A stretch of DNA of 31,647 nt from a virus (IMGVR_UViG_3300004241_000037:1-31647); one strand, 5' to 3'. Positions 17,468 through 25,411 are shown, counted from the stretch's first letter. Translations and numbers: made by a program. The notes: generated by a model from the sequence alone, not told the origin.

Positions 17468-17469
17468 GT

Positions 17470-19050
17470 TTACCAACCTGTGTAGGGATTAGCTTGACGG
17501 TACGCATCCACACCGGGTTGCTGGGGAACCTCATCGTTGTTGAAGTCCCTGGGGACTTTTGCGAATTGTAGGATCTGCTGCAAAGCGTCAGATAGATCGT
17601 CATGTACTGGTCTCGGATGATGCAATAGTTCTGTCTCCAGGTCTCCATCTTTCATATTGAGCGTGTGGAACATCTGCCCCCGGGCGTACTTCGGCTGCAA
17701 TCCCGCTATCCTCATGTCCTTGCTGATCGTAGTCTCTGGCTTGATCTCCACGATATTGTACCGTTTCTGCCGTTCTGCTACTGCTTCATTGAAATCATAC
17801 ACGAGCGACTTTGTAAAGGCAACAGACTCAACCCCGATAGCCTTGGCATGATAGGTGTCTGCGTAGGACAAAGCCTTGGGTATGATCTCGCTCGGACGTA
17901 GCTTCATCCGTACACATTCTAGTATGAACCACCGGTTGAGAATGTCAACGCCCACAACGATAAGCCCTGTGAAATCACCATCCTTCTTCTCTGAAATAGC
18001 AGGGTCAATGGAGATGTACACGTTGAGTGCAGTTTTATCAAACGTGTCTCGCACGTTCCCCTTCGTGTCTAGTAACTGGACTTTGTCCTGGTCAAACTTG
18101 TAGTAGCGGAACCACCGCTTCTGGAAGACAGCGTCCTCCGGGGCGGTAGGCATATTCAAATACTGGCAGGAGAAGTCATACGGTCCCTTGATAGCCTTCA
18201 GGCTGATCAGCTTCTTCCGGCTGAACTTCTGGGGGAACAGGATCTCACCATTCTCCAGGTCGCCATCCTTGACCGCTTGCATGACCAGCGGCTCATTGAA
18301 AGCCTCACTGGCGTTCTCCATCAGCCAGCCATACAGGTCGCCCCAGTGCCAGCGGGTGCCGATGACTATCATCTCACCGTCCGGCTCTAACAGGTCTTCG
18401 TAGTCTTTGTAGTACTGGATCGTCTTGGCGATCTGATCAGATGTACTGATTGACTCCCGGTTGACCAGGTCATCAAGTATGATTCTATCGTAATGCTGGG
18501 AAACTGATGTTGCAGTGAGGCCAGAGACTTTGATCGTGGGTTCGGTATAAATTGCAGACCGGGGTAGCACGATCTCCCACTGGTTCCATGTATCAGGTTG
18601 GTACGCCAGCTTTCCATATTCGTTCTCTCCATAGAGCCTGACAAAGTCTTTGTTCTGTGTGATATGGGTCTGGATACTTCTCATGAACGCCCGGGCATTC
18701 TTGCCAGTGGCATTCACTATCAGGGTACGCTTGTTCGGATCCTGGATGTAGCGCTGCAGGGTACTGCCGATAGTGACCACGCTGGTCTTCAGGTGGCCAC
18801 GAGGCATCAGTATCAGCTTGTAGGGTAGGTCTTCACGCCCCAGGTAGTCCAGTAGCCTGCGGTGCGTATGCTCATTCACATCCTCATAGTGCAGAATCTT
18901 CTGGCAGAAGTACATCAGATCGTTCTTTCCCACTTCCGCTTCGGAGATAAGATGCTTCTTTTCTATCTCCTTCTCCAAGCCTTGGCTGAGCAGAGCTGTC
19001 AATGAGGGTGGTTGAGAGTTCTTTCTGGATTGAGACGAGGGTTGATACAT
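17470..19050 (-). CDS. terL: Terminase large subunit
   Basis: Walker A LILMPRGHLKTS, Walker B IILDDL, coupling motif VIGTRW, nuclease SIDPA...GDFTG and HDDLSDAL. Start position uncertain. Confidence 0.93.
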   Translation of the reverse strand: MYQPSSQSRKNSQPPSLTALLSQGLEKEIEKKHLISEAEVGKNDLMYFCQKILHYEDVNEHTHRRLLDYLGREDLPYKLILMPRGHLKTSVVTIGSTLQRYIQDPNKRTLIVNATGKNARAFMRSIQTHITQNKDFVRLYGENEYGKLAYQPDTWNQWEIVLPRSAIYTEPTIKVSGLTATSVSQHYDRIILDDLVNRESISTSDQIAKTIQYYKDYEDLLEPDGEMIVIGTRWHWGDLYGWLMENASEAFNEPLVMQAVKDGDLENGEILFPQKFSRKKLISLKAIKGPYDFSCQYLNMPTAPEDAVFQKRWFRYYKFDQDKVQLLDTKGNVRDTFDKTALNVYISIDPAISEKKDGDFTGLIVVGVDILNRWFILECVRMKLRPSEIIPKALSYADTYHAKAIGVESVAFTKSLVYDFNEAVAERQKRYNIVEIKPETTISKDMRIAGLQPKYARGQMFHTLNMKDGDLETELLHHPRPVHDDLSDALQQILQFAKVPRDFNNDEVPQQPGVDAYRQANPYTGW

Positions 19051-19597
19051 CAGTGATATGCTTTCCTAATATGGAGATCCAGGCATACATCAGCCGTTCC
19101 ACGTTCTTCACGGATAACATGTACTGCCGTTCGTTCTCTATCCGCTCAATAGTCTCTACGGTGCTGCGTATTTCCTTGACCAGTTCAATGATCTTGTAAG
19201 CCTTGACCTCGGTATCCTTGTCATAGATGGGATTGCCCTTGTCATCCTTCTTGCCATCTATGCGCTTCTTGGCTTCCTTGGCACGTTCAAACTCCTGGCC
19301 GATCAGGCCCCGGAGCAGGATCAGTTCGTCCTTCACGTTCTTGTAGTCAGTATCAGAGTACAGTTCGTTCAGCTTCTCCTGAAGCGACTGGTCAGCGTAC
19401 CGGCCATACCGGCCTATCTGCTTCGGAGGCCCGGGGTTCATGCCACCATGCACCCGGCAGACGGCCTTGCCCGGCACGGCGTACCGCTTGCACTGGGCAG
19501 TCCCACCCTTCACATGGGCAGTACACTGCATGGCTTTACCCTTCTCAGCGTACTGGCCGGAAAAGAACGTAGCCTTTGACTTTGTACCTTTTTTCAT
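18884..19597 (-). CDS. Terminase small subunit-like protein with HGGxSTG-type zinc motif
   Basis: QCTAH...QCKRYAVPGKAVCRVHGGMNPGP followed by helical region; directly upstream of terL. Confidence 0.7.
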   Translation of the reverse strand: MKKGTKSKATFFSGQYAEKGKAMQCTAHVKGGTAQCKRYAVPGKAVCRVHGGMNPGPPKQIGRYGRYADQSLQEKLNELYSDTDYKNVKDELILLRGLIGQEFERAKEAKKRIDGKKDDKGNPIYDKDTEVKAYKIIELVKEIRSTVETIERIENERQYMLSVKNVERLMYAWISILGKHITDVSTLVSIQKELSTTLIDSSAQPRLGEGDRKEASYLRSGSGKERSDVLLPEDSAL

Positions 19598-19821
19598 CAG
19601 AACCTCGTGAGACCTTTGGTAAGCATAGGATCGTTGTTTTCTTTCCCCAGTTCATGCAGGATCTTGTCCGTGAAGCGCAGCACTACCACGATTGCGCCGG
19701 TGAATACCACCCGCCAGTCTATGCTCCCTGATTCAATCATGAGCAATAGGTTCGCCACCACAGACATAAGCACGAGTCTCGCTGCCTCTAGCAGGGCTTC
19801 CTTCATTGGTCCGTTCAGCAT
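19597..19821 (-). CDS. Holin-like protein (2 TM)
   Basis: Start moved to ATG 19821 (AGGAG RBS); 74 aa with two hydrophobic segments separated by IDWR; next to the endolysin. Confidence 0.65.
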   Translation of the reverse strand: MLNGPMKEALLEAARLVLMSVVANLLLMIESGSIDWRVVFTGAIVVVLRFTDKILHELGKENNDPMLTKGLTRF

Positions 19822-19942
19822 TGATGATCTCCTGGCTAAGAAAATAAAGTACGATATTCCGATAGGTCTGCCACATGGCATCCTTCATCGGAGGTACGAG
19901 AGTCTCTCTGTCTTGCATCAAATCCAGTAGTCGCTGGTTCAT
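19733..19942 (-). CDS. Small hypothetical protein between endolysin and holin
   Basis: ATGA coupling to the endolysin stop; 3' part overlaps the holin gene by 89 nt. Confidence 0.4.
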   Translation of the reverse strand: MNQRLLDLMQDRETLVPPMKDAMWQTYRNIVLYFLSQEIINAERTNEGSPARGSETRAYVCGGEPIAHD

Positions 19943-20733
19943 GTGTTGGTTACCGCTGTTTTCATAAGTCCGTAGATCACCTTGAGTCTCTGAGTGGTCG
20001 CTGTCCTTTTGTCGTTTGCTGTCTTGAGAGCATCGGTCAGTTCTTTGATCTTTGACGTGTTCGCAGCGTTTGCCGTAGCTGCTTTAAGCTTGGCAGTCAG
20101 GTCGGCTACCTTGGCGGTCAGGTCTCTTGCCTGGGCCTGAAGCGTAATGTATATGTCAATCTCCGTTCTTGGCAGTGTCATCAGTTGAGTGCCAGTTATA
20201 GGATCTCCATCCACAAACATATTCTCCAGAGTCTCATTCCCCATCTTGTCTATCACTGCAATCGCACGTTCGCTCAGTGGGATCATGTTCGCCTTTGCCT
20301 CAATAATGGAATAGCCAGTAACGATACCGTACCTCTCTCTGCTATCTACCTGCCCTGTCCAGGGGTCAGCCATCTGATCATCCCGCAGGTACAGTACCCA
20401 GTGCTTGCCGTTGGTACGGATGTTGTTATCAAAGTCCACCTCTACCAGGCAGGCGTTGAAGTTATGGATGGCACCGTTCAGTTCATCCCAGTTCAACGAG
20501 TACCGCCTGGCCTGGAAGTTCAGCCAGGGGATAGCCTGATTGATCTTGCCCCATAGGACGAGATTGCCATTGGCGAAACCTCCGACATCCTTCATTCTCT
20601 GATTGACTTCGCTCGGGGTCAACCCGGCCAGCATGGCCAGGCAGGTTATCGTACAGCCCCAGCCACCGATCTTGCTGTTACTGAAGCCCAGGTTCTCATC
20701 TGCCCACCTCGGGTCTCTCTGACCATAGATCAT
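19939..20733 (-). CDS. Endolysin-like C39/papain-fold peptidase with C-terminal coiled coil
   Basis: QRDPRW...GWGCTITCLAM (catalytic Cys), HWVL (His), ADPWTG (Asp); GGAGG RBS; adjacent to holin. Confidence 0.75.
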   Translation of the reverse strand: MIYGQRDPRWADENLGFSNSKIGGWGCTITCLAMLAGLTPSEVNQRMKDVGGFANGNLVLWGKINQAIPWLNFQARRYSLNWDELNGAIHNFNACLVEVDFDNNIRTNGKHWVLYLRDDQMADPWTGQVDSRERYGIVTGYSIIEAKANMIPLSERAIAVIDKMGNETLENMFVDGDPITGTQLMTLPRTEIDIYITLQAQARDLTAKVADLTAKLKAATANAANTSKIKELTDALKTANDKRTATTQRLKVIYGLMKTAVTNT

Positions 20734-20742
20734 AGTCGCCTC

Positions 20743-21420
20743 CTATTTGATATAGACCGTACACTTGCCCCAGCCATCAGGGTTACGCTTCAGTCCCTTG
20801 CCGGGCATGTTCAGATAGTTGTTGTTCACCTGCGCCTGTCTCATGTCCCTGGTCAGTTCATGGTGCTGGTGGATCAGCCAGGCCCGGGGCCGGGCATCCA
20901 TCAGATGGTAGCCACTCTCCAGCGCTCTCCGGCGTATGTCTTCATCCTCACTGCCCCAGCCCTTGAAGTTCTCATCATAGCCCTGGACCGAGTTCAGCCA
21001 GTGACGGTTGAAGCAGAGGCAGCACGGCCTGTTCCCCACCTTGTACTCTTTCCCATCAGAGTCCAGGTAGGAAGGCGAACACCCGATCAGAGTCTTCGGG
21101 TCATCGGTCACTGCCCTCAGGTAAGTCTCCATCAGGTTCTCACTGAAGATCATATCTATCCCGCAGGTCATCACCCACTCTGTCTTCGCCCGCCGTATCC
21201 CGATGTTGTTGGCATGGCTGATATTGAAAAGGGGTTGGGCATTGCCCACGATCACCAGGTCATCCTTGAACATCCGGCGTTCCCATTCCAGGTTCTCCGG
21301 CCTGCTCCCATAATCCACCACGATCAGCTTGCAGGGTATCGTCTGTGCTATTACACTGGTATAGAAATTACCGGCCAGCGTTACCGGACGGTCCTTGATA
21401 CTTACTACGCAGGTGAGCAT
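20743..21420 (-). CDS. GT2/GT7C-type glycosyltransferase
   Basis: From ATG 21420 (alternative 21432): VVSIKDR, VVDYGS, FNISHANNIG, GYDENFKGWGSEDEDIRRR, IHQHH. The upstream extension to 21597 is antisense to the next gene and is not GT-like. Confidence 0.85.
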   Translation of the reverse strand: MLTCVVSIKDRPVTLAGNFYTSVIAQTIPCKLIVVDYGSRPENLEWERRMFKDDLVIVGNAQPLFNISHANNIGIRRAKTEWVMTCGIDMIFSENLMETYLRAVTDDPKTLIGCSPSYLDSDGKEYKVGNRPCCLCFNRHWLNSVQGYDENFKGWGSEDEDIRRRALESGYHLMDARPRAWLIHQHHELTRDMRQAQVNNNYLNMPGKGLKRNPDGWGKCTVYIK

Positions 21421-22204
21421 GGGTGTACGCATTGTCGCCGGGTTCGGCTTCCGATACGATAAGGAATTGGTGGAGGACTGTGTAGCCAATCTCTCTCCCT
21501 GGGTTGATGACTTCGCTATCCTAGATGATACCAAGCATGACCGCCTCTGGCGTAATGAGTCTGAGTACCGGTACCTGATCCGTAACCTTGCTATCAAAAA
21601 AAAGGCTGACTATCTTCTCATCACTTCACCTGATGAACGGTGGGAGAAAAACGCTGGTACCATTATAAGACAAGCCATTGAATTTGAACAGCATCCCAAA
21701 CGTCCTCTCACCCGGAAAGAGTTCTTCCTGAAGTACCACACCTACTATCTCCCACCCGCTGAGTTCAAGTACCCCGGCTCTGAGTTCTTCTACAATAACC
21801 CCAATATCATCTACACCTTTGATCTCCGGGAGTTATGGACTCCACGCACATATCGCATAGACGGCATCTGGGGGAAAAAGAAACGGCCCCGCCTCTTTGC
21901 CATCAAGCCCGGCCAGGTCTTTGATAAGTCTCCCATCCAGTGCAAGTCCTACCCCATAAACGCTGGCTATACCTTCTGCCATCTCCCGGTCAATATCTAC
22001 CACCTCAAGATGATCAACCCCTCCAACAGAAAATTGCGGGCTGAGGTTTTCACGAAACTTGACCCCAACCTCAAGTATCAGTCCATCGGATATGATTACC
22101 TTTTTGATGAAACAGGTCTACAATTAGAGCAGATCCCCAAAGGCAGAGGCTACTCGCCCCGCTATAAGGAGTACACATTTACCGTACCAAAGGAGTACCT
22201 ATGA
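21419..22204 (+). CDS. GT-A-like glycosyltransferase (divergent)
   Basis: RIVAGFGFRY...LSPWVDDFAILDD...ADYLLITSPDERW...IYHLK; DxD position reads SPDE; ATGA coupling to the nitroreductase. Confidence 0.65.
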   Translation: MGVRIVAGFGFRYDKELVEDCVANLSPWVDDFAILDDTKHDRLWRNESEYRYLIRNLAIKKKADYLLITSPDERWEKNAGTIIRQAIEFEQHPKRPLTRKEFFLKYHTYYLPPAEFKYPGSEFFYNNPNIIYTFDLRELWTPRTYRIDGIWGKKKRPRLFAIKPGQVFDKSPIQCKSYPINAGYTFCHLPVNIYHLKMINPSNRKLRAEVFTKLDPNLKYQSIGYDYLFDETGLQLEQIPKGRGYSPRYKEYTFTVPKEYL

Positions 22205-22743
22205 GTGCCGATCCCTTCCAGGACGCCTACCTCTTACACCAAGCCAGAAAGAAGGAACAGTTGCTTCACTATAAAGAAGACGCTTTCCACTTCCTTGCTA
22301 CCTCCCGCCACTCAGACCGCATCTTCAAGCCAGATCCCATCTCCCCTGAGCTTCTACGCAAACTCAATGCTCTCATGCCCCTCGCCCCTTCCTCCTGTAA
22401 CCGTCACGCTATGACCGTCTCTGAGATCAAAGGTGATCACATCCCACCTCTCGCTTCCCTCCTGGTCGGAGGCAAGAACTGGCTGGACTATGCTCCCCTC
22501 GTCTTCCTCATCTTCGCTCACCCTGAAGCCTACAAAGCACCAGGCGAACTCTCCTTCATGCCCTACCTGGACGGCGGCTTCCTCGCCATGCACATCCTCT
22601 ACTCTGCCCATTCCCTCAATCTCGCCTCCTGCTTCTGTAACCCCAACATCCGGCCAGAAGATCTCCCCATCTTCAATCCTTCCTATAATAGTAATGCCCT
22701 CATCTTCACCGGGGCCATAGCCATCGGCTACCCCTTCCCCTAA
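22201..22743 (+). CDS. Nitroreductase family flavoprotein
   Basis: SRHSDRIF, LAPSSCNRH, YLDGGFLAMHILYSAHSLNLASCF, AIAIGYP are the canonical nitroreductase motifs. Confidence 0.88.
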   Translation: MSADPFQDAYLLHQARKKEQLLHYKEDAFHFLATSRHSDRIFKPDPISPELLRKLNALMPLAPSSCNRHAMTVSEIKGDHIPPLASLLVGGKNWLDYAPLVFLIFAHPEAYKAPGELSFMPYLDGGFLAMHILYSAHSLNLASCFCNPNIRPEDLPIFNPSYNSNALIFTGAIAIGYPFP

Positions 22744-22849
22744 CCTAGTGACGTATTCCTCCCATCTTGTCTCAGCACGGATTCTTACGCCATCCTGAGA
22801 GGCCTGGACATACCAACTACTGTCCTTATCCTCAGCTAATCCGGGGATC

Positions 22850-23280
22850 CTTTACCCTTTTTACCCCTTTTTGCTCCCTACACGTCTGTAGCAATGAGAT
22901 GGGTTTATATTATGTCACTACTACTATTACTCACCAACCCTCCCCACTGGGTACCACGCTACCCCTACTCTTGCTTACACTATCTCTGCTTCTACTACCT
23001 ACACACTACTACTCTACACACACATACTACCTACCTACTAACTGACTACTATACAATAAATACAATTCCTTCTTTTACTCCCGACTACTTTACTCTCTAC
23101 TTACTTACTATCTTTCTACTATACAATTTCTCTTACGCTTTTACTTTCTTACTTTACTAGCTACTGCTATCTCACATTACTACTTTACCCTACTTTACTC
23201 TCTCTCTCTTTACTACCTTACTACTTCCTTTTATCTGTCTAGTTACTTTACACTTTCTTTCTTTCCTTTTTACTCAACCA
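22850..23280. repeat. Low-complexity, G-depleted (TAC/TACT/CT-rich) non-coding tract
   Basis: Only 8 G counted in the 300 nt 22981-23280 on the plus strand; many TACT/CTAC words; ORFs over it are low-complexity. Confidence 0.9.
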
Positions 23281-23399
23281 TATCTCAGTAGCAATATGCT
23301 ACAGCGCTATACGCGTTATGATATCAGAAGAATTGCATAGAAACCCACCTCACTTTAAGCGCTAGCGCCAATACAGTATAGCCATTCATTTCTTTTGAC

Positions 23400-23420
23400 C
23401 ATTTTCTTAGTAAGAAAATG
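23400..23420. promoter_or_regulatory. Perfect 10-bp inverted repeat (candidate operator)
   Basis: CATTTTCTTA-G-TAAGAAAATG, abutting a TTGACC hexamer at 23395-23400. Confidence 0.55.
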
Positions 23421-23446
23421 CTAAACATACACGGCATCCTCTACCT

Positions 23447-24073
23447 GTCATGCTCTCTTTGCCGAATAAGAGAACATGACTATATAGGATCCCGGCTTAG
23501 CCTCGCTAACGCTCGGGTCCTATATCTCACAACAAAAGAAACCAGAGCCACGCCAAGACTATATCGGGCATCGCCTGTGTCGTTCCAGAGCGTGGCATCT
23601 ATCTTAGTATTCCCACAAAAGAATAGTAAGCTACCCCCCGCGCTTCGCAACCAGCGCTCCATCTGTGCCTGGCCTAACAAAGAGTTATCGTATAACCGGC
23701 CAGTCACAAGACAGGCATGCGGTGAGCAGTTGAGTAAGACATACTGCACCTGACTGGCGCTATGCAAAGCTGCCAATGAAACACCGCCTGGACGCCCGAT
23801 TTCCTCGTCACCTTTGCTGAGCGCCAGTAAAACTGTACATGTTGGTCTATGAATAATTTATCTTAGGAGTGCGTTGCCCTTTCATTTTCTCATAGCACAA
23901 CCCACCAGTGTCATCCAGAAAACCAGGCAGTCAAGGCTCCCAACGGATTACCGTTGTGAGGCACCTGAGCCCTACAAACGAGGTGCTAATCTATGATCGC
24001 AGACATTTAGCAACCCTATCATTCTTAGCTCTAGGCTGCCTAACAGCGACTTGACAGCCTTCGGTGCTATGAG
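23447..24073. ncRNA. Candidate large structured non-coding element (RNA or ssDNA), family unknown
   Basis: Seven consecutive stem-loops with 6-12 bp helices at 23447-23480, 23482-23525, 23547-23596, 23664-23708, 23721-23750, 23753-23828 and a multibranch domain at 23889-24073; no credible CDS here. Confidence 0.5.
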
Positions 24074-24109
24074 GCACTAGAGGTGTTTAAATAATTAGTG
24101 GGGATTGGT

Positions 24110-24450
24110 TAGGTTTCAGATTTATATTTATTAGGAGTTGAAAATGCTTTGCAAAGTGGTGAACAAGTATCATAGTGCGTACGATGTGTATATCGGGAGA
24201 GGAAGTAAATGGGGAAATCCGTTCAGGATTGGACCCGATGGGAATCGGGAGGAAGTTATTGCGAAGTACGAGACGTACATTCGCAATAAACCAGAATTAC
24301 TCGCTCAGATTACTGAGCTTATCGGCAAGACTCTTGGTTGCTTTTGCGCCCCTCTTCCGTGTCACGGAGATGTGCTTGCACGGCTTGCCGAGGAGAATAT
24401 GAGTAGATAATTCAATTATCAGATAGGTTTCAGATTATTTATTATGAGGT
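24110..24450 (+). repeat. Imperfect direct repeat flanking the DUF4326 gene
   Basis: TAGGTTTCAGATT at 24110-24122 and 24424-24436, each followed by ATTTATTA and an RBS. Confidence 0.75.
24144..24410 (+). CDS. DUF4326 family protein
   Basis: YDVYIGRGSKWGNPF...REEVIAKY...GKTLGCFCAPLPCHGDVL; AGGAG RBS before ATG 24144. Confidence 0.9.
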   Translation: MLCKVVNKYHSAYDVYIGRGSKWGNPFRIGPDGNREEVIAKYETYIRNKPELLAQITELIGKTLGCFCAPLPCHGDVLARLAEENMSR

Positions 24451-24457
24451 ATCAGAC

Positions 24458-25144
24458 ATGCGCACAGACGTTGACTGTCTCCGAGAGAACAGTACCCACA
24501 TCATTTATGGACCTGTTCCCTACGCCATCACAGACCCGGATGGAACGGTAGCGAAGAACCTGTTCAAGAAGTATGGGTGGTACAATGAGAAGATAAAGAA
24601 GCTCGCACCTGCCTACCCATGCGAAGCGTTCTTTGAGATAACGCATCGCACCACTGGTGTACAACGCCACTGGTCCTGCACGATTGAGAGCAGAGAACAT
24701 GCTCTCGCTATCGTGAACACCCTGCGTAAACAGGATACGAAGCCCAAGTCCTACGTTCCTGAGTGGGTGTTGGCACACCCTGCCTATAAGAAATCCAGAG
24801 AAGAAATCAAGAGCAGACAACCAGACGTGAACCACGTCAGCGTCTCGCTCGTCTCGCCCATCGGTGACCCTGAAGGGGAGGCAGAGTTGGAAGATGCGGT
24901 CGCTCAGATCACCGATCCCACCGTTCCCTCTCCCATGGAAACCAGAGAATACACGGACTGGACCTCGTTCTACGAGGACATGGACACTTGGGTTGCACAG
25001 GGTTGCCCCCCTTCCGGCAAACCTTCCCCCGAAGCGTATGCTTACACAAGAGAGGTCGTAGCTGACGACCTTGACCATAGCAGGGACATCCCGCCCAAGG
25101 TCATCGCTGACGATGGCCTTGACCCCGATGCCTTGTGGATATAA
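24458..25144 (+). CDS. Hypothetical protein (acidic C-terminal half)
   Basis: 228 aa, GAGGT RBS, followed by a hairpin. Confidence 0.6.
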   Translation: MRTDVDCLRENSTHIIYGPVPYAITDPDGTVAKNLFKKYGWYNEKIKKLAPAYPCEAFFEITHRTTGVQRHWSCTIESREHALAIVNTLRKQDTKPKSYVPEWVLAHPAYKKSREEIKSRQPDVNHVSVSLVSPIGDPEGEAELEDAVAQITDPTVPSPMETREYTDWTSFYEDMDTWVAQGCPPSGKPSPEAYAYTREVVADDLDHSRDIPPKVIADDGLDPDALWI

Positions 25145-25153
25145 ATGCAAACA

Positions 25154-25184
25154 GAGAGGGAGGTGGCACGCCCATCTCCCTCTC
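25154..25184 (+). terminator. Stem-loop, possible terminator or processing site
   Basis: GAGAGGGAGGTGG-CACGC-CCATCTCCCTCTC, 13 bp with one G-U; the U-rich run is displaced about 15 nt downstream. Confidence 0.5.
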
Positions 25185-25233
25185 ATTCCAAAAGAGTTTA
25201 TCCTTTTGTTTTATATCTTACGGAGTGTCCCCT

Positions 25234-25395
25234 ATGGACAGCAAACAGAAACAGAAAACGCCTGCCAGTGTACCCGATACCTGGCTGACGTGGGCGGTCA
25301 AGAGTGAGCAGATGCGTAGAGGTGGCAACGCAGTGGCAGCCCACCGCTACGCTCGCCTTGCCCGTACCCAAATGCTGGGAAAGAACAGGGCATAG
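25234..25395 (+). CDS. Small basic hypothetical protein
   Basis: GGAG RBS before ATG 25234; 53 aa; sits between two hairpins. Confidence 0.45.
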   Translation: MDSKQKQKTPASVPDTWLTWAVKSEQMRRGGNAVAAHRYARLARTQMLGKNRA

Positions 25396-25411
25396 CGCAC
25401 CTTGCCAAAGA

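Noticed and set aside
22767-23160. ORFs 22767-23045 and 22894-23160
   Set aside because: Tyr/Leu/Thr low-complexity translations that follow from the G-free composition; no RBS.
23545-23590. Group I intron core (minus strand GAACGACAC...GATATAGTC resembles R/S elements)
   Set aside because: P7 pairing is incomplete, no P3/P4-P6 could be identified by eye and no interrupted host gene flanks it; worth one Infernal run but not supportable here.
23418-23776. ORFs 23418-23753 (+) and 23480-23776 (-)
   Set aside because: No RBS or motifs, mutually antisense, and they overlie the hairpin array.
24051-24073. Conventional dsDNA sigma70 promoter at TTGACA 24051
   Set aside because: The nearest -10-like hexamer (TATGAG) is only 11 nt away, and the hexamers at 17-18 nt spacing are poor.
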